48,276 nt of DNA, from NCBI GenBank assembly GCA_001003385.1, contig LCPA01000001.1, forward strand, positions 1-48,276, written 5' to 3'. Made by a program: the position numbers and the translations under genes. Shown one piece after another: positions 43,535-48,276 of the stretch. Numbering within the stretch: position 1 is the first letter of the stretch; each line of letters starts with the position of its first letter. The notes below the pieces were generated by a model, which was given only the letters and a program-made list of their open reading frames with translations, did not search any database and was not told the DNA's origin. The stretch is from Microgenomates group bacterium GW2011_GWF2_47_9 (GTDB taxonomy: Bacteria > Patescibacteriota > Microgenomatia > UBA1400 > UBA12108).

Positions 43535-45457
43535 ATGAACTATCTAGACGAGTTGAACGAGAGACAAAAAGAGGCGGTTTTGCATGAAGGCTCTCCTCTA
43601 TTGATCCTGGCTGGAGCCGGAAGCGGTAAGACCAAGACTTTGACGTATAAAGCGGCACACTTGGTGCATACTGGGAAGGCTAGTCCAGAACAAATACTTT
43701 TGGTCACTTTTACTAACAAGGCGGCTCAAGAAATGAGAAACCGAGTGGTTAAAGTGACGGGACAATACTTGCCGTCTGTGGGGACCTTTCACTCGATGTC
43801 TTGCCGGATATTGAGAACCCACGGCCGAGAGATTGGCATTGAACCTGAGTTTGTGATCTATGATGCAGGAGATCAGGAAGATTTGGTAAAGGCTATCTCG
43901 CGCGAGATGGAACTTGATCCTAAACGATATAAGCCCAAAAGTTTGGTGACGGCGATTTCACAGACAAAACAAGAAATGGTTGACGCGGGGACATATAGTA
44001 ATTTGGCGCGGGGACAATTTCAGGAGATAGTGGCGAGAGTGTATCTCGAGTACCAGAAAAGGATGGCTAAGTACAAGGCCCTTGATTTTGATGACCTACT
44101 GTCTAAGGCGGTAAGTTTATTGCAGGCAAACAACGAAACATTGAAGTACTACCAAGATAAGTTTCGGTATGTTTTTGTTGATGAATACCAAGACACAAAT
44201 ACTGCTCAGTACACCTTCACGAAGTTGATCGCGAAGGCAAATCGAGGGCTTGTGGTTGTTGGGGATGCTTCGCAGTCGATTTACAAGTGGAGAGGAGCAG
44301 ATTATCGAAATATTTTGAAGCTGAGGCAGGATTATAGTGACCTGAAGGAGATTAGGTTGGAGCGGAACTATCGCTCGACTCAAACCATACTGGATGCGGC
44401 ACATGGGGTAATCTCGAATAATCGGAGCCATCCAATCTTGGCACTTTGGACAGAGCAGAATGACGGCGAAAAGATTAGCTTAATTGAGGCTTATACTGCA
44501 GGCGATGAAGCGCGTAAAGTGAATGAGGAAATTCAAAAGTTGAAATCGTCTGGCGTAAACTTCCAGGAAATTGCAATTCTCTACCGCACCAATGCACAGT
44601 CGAGGGCAATTGAAGAAATGTTTATCCGGAGTGGCATCCCTTATGTGTTGGTCGGGGGAACAAAATTTTACGAGCGGAAGGAAATTAAGGATGTGCTGGC
44701 ATACCTAAGGGTAATGTTGAACCCTGAGGACGGCGTGAGTTACGGCAGGAGCGAGAAAAACGGTAAACGCAGACTAGCGGATCTGCTTCTAAACAGAGAG
44801 AAATACATGGACGGTCAGCATACTGCGAGCGAGATTTTGGAGTATGTACTGACGAGCACGAAGTACTTGACAAAATTTGATGAAGATCTTGATGAGGACG
44901 TAGCGCGAATTGAGAACGTGAAGGAGCTTGCGGCGGTGGCTCAAGAGTTTGAGGATCTACACTCATTTCTTGAAAACGTAGCATTGGTGCAGGCTGAGTA
45001 TTATGCGGGCGAGAAGACAAAGGATAACCGTGAGGCGATTACGCTTATGACACTACATGCCGCCAAGGGACTGGAATTTAGGGCAGTTTTTATGGTGGGA
45101 CTCGAGGAAGGGCTGTTCCCCCACGCCAGATCAATGGCGGACAACGAAGAGATGGAAGAGGAGCGGAGACTAATGTATGTTGGGATAACGAGAGCCAAGG
45201 AAAGACTATATTTATCGTTTGCCAGACAGAGAACTGTGTGGGGGACGGAAGGAAACCAGCAGAGAAGCCGGTTTATTGACGAAATTGACCCCAAGCTAAT
45301 TGAAAGCTTGAATAGCTCGGCAACATACCTCCCCCACCCCCCTTCTGACTTTGTAAGAACCAAGAATACGGGAATACGGATCGATGCGTTGAGTGAAGAT
45401 ACTTTGGATGATTTTTTGAGCGGCGAGATTAGTGTAGAGGAACTACTGAGCCGGTAG
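43535..45457 (+). CDS. pcrA: UvrD/PcrA/Rep-family ATP-dependent DNA helicase
   Basis: 640 aa: LAGAGSGKTKTL (Walker A), FVDEYQDTN (motif II), VGDASQSIYKWRGA, TLHAAKGLEF, YVGITRAKERL. Confidence 0.9.
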   Translation: MNYLDELNERQKEAVLHEGSPLLILAGAGSGKTKTLTYKAAHLVHTGKASPEQILLVTFTNKAAQEMRNRVVKVTGQYLPSVGTFHSMSCRILRTHGREIGIEPEFVIYDAGDQEDLVKAISREMELDPKRYKPKSLVTAISQTKQEMVDAGTYSNLARGQFQEIVARVYLEYQKRMAKYKALDFDDLLSKAVSLLQANNETLKYYQDKFRYVFVDEYQDTNTAQYTFTKLIAKANRGLVVVGDASQSIYKWRGADYRNILKLRQDYSDLKEIRLERNYRSTQTILDAAHGVISNNRSHPILALWTEQNDGEKISLIEAYTAGDEARKVNEEIQKLKSSGVNFQEIAILYRTNAQSRAIEEMFIRSGIPYVLVGGTKFYERKEIKDVLAYLRVMLNPEDGVSYGRSEKNGKRRLADLLLNREKYMDGQHTASEILEYVLTSTKYLTKFDEDLDEDVARIENVKELAAVAQEFEDLHSFLENVALVQAEYYAGEKTKDNREAITLMTLHAAKGLEFRAVFMVGLEEGLFPHARSMADNEEMEEERRLMYVGITRAKERLYLSFARQRTVWGTEGNQQRSRFIDEIDPKLIESLNSSATYLPHPPSDFVRTKNTGIRIDALSEDTLDDFLSGEISVEELLSR

Positions 45458-45472
45458 GGTACAATTGAAACA

Positions 45473-46492
45473 ATGGTAATTAGAGAGATAACAACGAGCG
45501 AGTGGGAGAGTGATTGGAACAGGCTCGCTCTGCACCCTTTGCAGAGCTTTGAGTGGGGGGAGTTTCGCAAACAGACCGGTGTTGTGGTAGTGAGAGTTGG
45601 GATTTTCCAGAACCAAAAATTAGTCGAGCCAGTCCAAATTACGATTCATAGGATCCCGCATACCCCATTTACAATTGGATATTTCCCGAAGGGATTTGAG
45701 CCTAGTGAGAGCCAGATGCAGGCGATTAAAATGGTGGCGCGAAAATACAAATGTATTTTCGTGAAAGTAGAGAGTAAGTGCGAAAAGAATGAGACGGGGA
45801 ATGATGATTGGTTAAAACGGTTGGGGCTCGTGAAAGCCAAGTCGTTGTTTACCCCATACAATTTTGTGCTTGATCTAACCCCGAGTGAAGAGGAGCTGGA
45901 GCGACAGATGAAGCAAAAGACGAGATATAACATAAGACTCGCAGAAAAGAAGGGGGTGACGGCGGGAATTGACAACTCTGACAAGGCTTTTGAAGAGTAC
46001 TTGAGATTGATGGAAGAAACGACAACGAGACAAAAATTTTATGCACATAACACCAAGTACCACCGGGCGATGTGGAAGGTCTTAAAAAACTCAGAAACTA
46101 CAAAGAACAAACTAACGGCACAGCTTATGACTGCAAAGTACGAAGGTAAAATTGTCACTACTTGGATTCTATTCCGGCACAACGACACACTTTATTACCC
46201 ATATGGAGCTAGTAGCCGGGAGAACCGACAGGTAATGGCGAATAATCTCGTGATGTGGGAGACGATTAAACTGGCAAAAAAATGGAACATGAGGTATCTC
46301 GATATGTGGGGAGCATTGGGACCTGACCCAGCGAAAAACGACCCTTGGTATGGCTTTCATAAATTTAAAGAAGGTTATGGAGCCAGGCATGTCCAATATT
46401 TGGGAAGCTATGACTACGTGGAAAAGAAATTTTTGTACTTGTTGTATCTAATGGCTGACAAGGTGCGATCGGCAATCTTGAGAATGCACTAA
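45473..46492 (+). CDS. FemAB-family peptidoglycan interpeptide-bridge aminoacyltransferase
   Basis: 339 aa: HPLQSFEWGEFRK, KQKTRYNIRLAEKKGV, YYPYGASS...NNLVMWETIKLAKK, FKEGYG. Confidence 0.75.
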   Translation: MVIREITTSEWESDWNRLALHPLQSFEWGEFRKQTGVVVVRVGIFQNQKLVEPVQITIHRIPHTPFTIGYFPKGFEPSESQMQAIKMVARKYKCIFVKVESKCEKNETGNDDWLKRLGLVKAKSLFTPYNFVLDLTPSEEELERQMKQKTRYNIRLAEKKGVTAGIDNSDKAFEEYLRLMEETTTRQKFYAHNTKYHRAMWKVLKNSETTKNKLTAQLMTAKYEGKIVTTWILFRHNDTLYYPYGASSRENRQVMANNLVMWETIKLAKKWNMRYLDMWGALGPDPAKNDPWYGFHKFKEGYGARHVQYLGSYDYVEKKFLYLLYLMADKVRSAILRMH

Positions 46493-46496
46493 AAAA

Positions 46497-46525
46497 CAGC
46501 ACCCTATCAATACGACAAGGTGCTG
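46497..46525 (-). terminator. Hairpin terminator for the Lys-rich mini-gene (also lies 3' of femAB)
   Basis: The minus strand reads CAGCACC-(15-nt loop)-GGTGCTG-TTTTTT. On the plus strand the hairpin is followed by A-runs instead. Confidence 0.5.
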
Positions 46526-46542
46526 AAAAAAGAAACAAAAAA

Positions 46543-46680
46543 TTATTTCTTCTTTTTGGTAGCCTTTTTGACCGTTTTCTTAACCACTTTTTTGACGGGT
46601 TTCTTGGTGACTTTTTTGACGACCTTTTTAACTTTCTTGACGACTTTTTTAACGACTTTCTTGGCCTTTTTGACTGGCAT
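46543..46680 (-). CDS. 45-aa Lys/Val-repeat basic protein (histone-H1-tail-like), not in the ORF track
   Basis: My translation is MPVKKAKKVVKKVVKKVKKVVKKVTKKPVKKVVKKTVKKATKKKK*. The SD-like AGGGGGTG ends 10 nt upstream of the ATG. A terminator hairpin follows 18 nt after the stop. Confidence 0.6.
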   Translation of the reverse strand: MPVKKAKKVVKKVVKKVKKVVKKVTKKPVKKVVKKTVKKATKKKK

Positions 46681-46897
46681 GAATAAATTCACCCCCTTTC
46701 GTTTGAAGTGTTATCTTGATCGGTGAGAAAAATCCCTTGAAAGAGAGGTGCTAGAAACGGTTTTGGTAGCTTTCGTATATTAATCGTTTGTGCTGAGGCA
46801 GGTTCTCAGTTAAGGTAATTAAGATTGTTGGGAGGCAAAAAGTCAAGGACAGATTTAAACATGCGCCTTCTAACTAGGATGACAATGGTGGTAGTAT

Positions 46898-47596
46898 ATG
46901 GGTATGAGTGCCGAGACCAAAGAACAAGTAGCCTCCCCCGCATTGTATCCAGGTGATAGAGGTGACCGCATAAAATTTCTTGAGCGTTTGTTTGGCGGTG
47001 AGAGAGTGATTGATGTTTACGAGCTGGTGGTGACACAATTAAGGCCCAAGCTCTTTTTAAGATCTATGCTTTACCACCCGGAGTGGTTTGAGGATGGGGG
47101 GAAGAGTTTACTGATTTCTCAGGTCGAGGGGAGTGACAAGCTGGATCGCGAGATAAGAGAACTATACGCCAGAAAATATGATCAATTGGCGAAGGCGAGG
47201 GATCGAGGAGAGGTGGAGGCAGGTCCGGGGGTGATGATGAATCCATATAGAGCAAATACATTGGGGACGATCTTGACGCTGGTAAAAGTTGCGGCTGGCG
47301 ACGGAGTGTGCGGGCAGGCACTAGAGAGGTGGGTGGGGGGGCTAGAACGATTCCACGCCTTAGAGGGGCGGGTAAACGAGTTAATGGAAGTAGTCGCCCG
47401 CAAAAAGAACGCTGTAGGGAATGAGCACGAAGATCTAAACGAGACCAACAAAATTACTCAGGATGAGGCTAAGACCATTTTTGCGATCGGAGAGTTGGTT
47501 CTGCAGTTTATGGAGGAACAAAGGCACGGGGTAGAGATGGAGAGCCCAAAAAGGGAGGAGATGATAATACGTAGTTTGGGTGTTATGGAGGGCTAA
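46898..47596 (+). CDS. Hypothetical cytoplasmic protein with no recognisable family
   Basis: 232-aa ORF with coding-like composition and no TM helix or signal peptide. TGg-TAGTAT (46889-46897) abuts the first ATG, so the second ATG at 46904 may be the real start. Confidence 0.5.
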   Translation: MGMSAETKEQVASPALYPGDRGDRIKFLERLFGGERVIDVYELVVTQLRPKLFLRSMLYHPEWFEDGGKSLLISQVEGSDKLDREIRELYARKYDQLAKARDRGEVEAGPGVMMNPYRANTLGTILTLVKVAAGDGVCGQALERWVGGLERFHALEGRVNELMEVVARKKNAVGNEHEDLNETNKITQDEAKTIFAIGELVLQFMEEQRHGVEMESPKREEMIIRSLGVMEG

Positions 47597-47617
47597 CAAT
47601 AAAAGTGGGGGAAAGGA

Positions 47618-47980
47618 TCAAAGGCGCTCGAGAAGTCCGAGTTTTTCGGCAATTTCAAAAAGTGTGCTGGTGGCTTCATCGTCGCCTGCGTGAAAAAGTC
47701 TTCGAAGTTCAGCAATTGCCTCTTCAGGGCCTAGTTTTCCCAAGTGGTTTGCGATTGCTGTTTCTGGCGCGAGTTGATGCTGGGTTTCCCCGTTGTCGTG
47801 ACCGTTTAATCCACTTGCAAGCGCTTGTAGACTAACAAGTGGCTGATCTTTAAGGCCGGTGAATCTACGGGCTTCCCATGCGGGCAATTGTTGGAGCGCC
47901 TCGTTGCCGTCTTCGAGAATGGTTTTTATCTCCTCTGGTAGGGTGGCTAATTCGGGATTTGCTGGAGTAGTTCCATTCAT
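47618..47980 (-). CDS. Hypothetical acidic protein with no recognisable family
   Basis: 120-aa ORF convergent with the previous gene. TGa-TACCAT lies 7 nt upstream of its ATG. Confidence 0.45.
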   Translation of the reverse strand: MNGTTPANPELATLPEEIKTILEDGNEALQQLPAWEARRFTGLKDQPLVSLQALASGLNGHDNGETQHQLAPETAIANHLGKLGPEEAIAELRRLFHAGDDEATSTLFEIAEKLGLLERL

Positions 47981-48068
47981 CGTATTAATGGTATCACAAA
48001 AACATGCCCTAGATCAGTCCCGGCGGGAAAAGTTGCTCATCTGGCAGATTTGGCGCATACTGACATTA

Positions 48069-48276
48069 ATGAAAGACTTGCCCAAACTAGTTATCTCTGT
48101 GATTGGGTGCGAACTTGTTGGGCTTTTGGGTACTCCCTTCACCATCTCCGCTATCCCTACCTGGTACGCTAATTTGAATAAACCCTTTTTTGCACCACTC
48201 AACTTTATTTTTGGCCCAGTCTGGACACTTTTATATTTTTTGATGGGAGTAGCCTTTTATTTGATCTGGAAGCAGG
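48069..48276 (+). CDS. tspO: TspO/MBR tryptophan-rich sensory protein, N-terminal 69 codons (runs off the right edge)
   Basis: My translation is MKDLPKLVISVIGCELVGLLGTPFTISAIPTWYANLNKPFFAPLNFIFGPVWTLLYFLMGVAFYLIWKQ, matching the WY..L.KP...P....FGPVWT.LY signature. It is absent from the track because there is no stop in the window. Confidence 0.75.
   Translation, partial: MKDLPKLVISVIGCELVGLLGTPFTISAIPTWYANLNKPFFAPLNFIFGPVWTLLYFLMGVAFYLIWKQ

Noticed and set aside
46546-46668. Short periodic repeats that could suggest a CRISPR or minisatellite array
   Set aside because: The period is ~12 nt with no spacer-like unique segments, it is entirely in frame as KKVV codons, and no cas genes are present.
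46520-46726. 68-aa plus-strand ORF with an FLT repeat (MLKKETKNYFFFLVAFLTVFLTTFLTGFL...)
   Set aside because: It is the antisense reading of the Lys/Val-repeat gene. It has no SD, starts inside the terminator hairpin region, and its hydrophobic repeat simply mirrors AAG/AAA codons on the other strand.
48014-48202. 62-aa minus-strand ORF at the right edge
   Set aside because: The plus strand over the same bases encodes a clear TspO/MBR N-terminus (WY..L.KP...FGPVWTLLY), so the minus-strand ORF is antisense noise.
1-48276. Alternative genetic code (UGA recoding, as in some CPR lineages)
   Set aside because: TGA terminates well-defined genes (sortase at 3472-3474 and the Cys-rich protein at 38047-38049), and conserved proteins translate full length with the standard code.

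Overview
The window is a gene-dense chromosomal segment of about 50 genes with spacers mostly under 130 bp. I found no rRNA, tRNA, CRISPR array, transposase or integrase. TGA acts as a stop codon (for example the ATGA overlaps at 3472-3475 and 38046-38049), so the standard bacterial code applies. Most of the content is housekeeping. On the minus strand it runs rpoB (5' part), mltG, ruvX, alaS, ftsK, rnj, ung, pnp, rpsO, infB, nusA, then hrcA-grpE-dnaK-dnaJ behind a CIRCE operator, then lepA, murJ and tpiA. On the plus strand it has rpsT, a UvrD/PcrA helicase, femAB and a partial tspO. Many proteins are domain-minimal: IF-2 is 481 aa, AlaRS about 587 aa, HrcA 243 aa, and DnaJ lacks its zinc finger. 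The cell-wall gene set looks Gram-positive (sortase, LCP, FemAB, L,D-transpeptidase). By inference only, this fits a small-genome CPR/Patescibacteria-type bacterium. The least ordinary region is 33.5-42.8 kb. It holds orphan PilN/PilO-like genes, three large surface proteins with Pro/Ser/Thr linkers, a tandem GT-C glycosyltransferase fusion and an LCP enzyme. Two of the surface proteins share an LPxTG-like C-terminal signal that lacks the usual basic tail. Other observations worth a second look:
- An FtsK-RodZ fusion in one ORF.
- A stand-alone Lon AAA+ module with no protease domain.
- A 736-aa membrane protein with a degenerate FtsA/PilM-like domain, co-transcribed with a sortase inside the conserved alaS-ruvX-mltG cluster.
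- A 45-aa Lys/Val-repeat protein too short for the ORF track.
- A recurrent -10 hexamer 6-10 nt upstream of start codons, which suggests widespread leaderless mRNAs.

All family assignments come from reading motifs in the translations. No database search was run.
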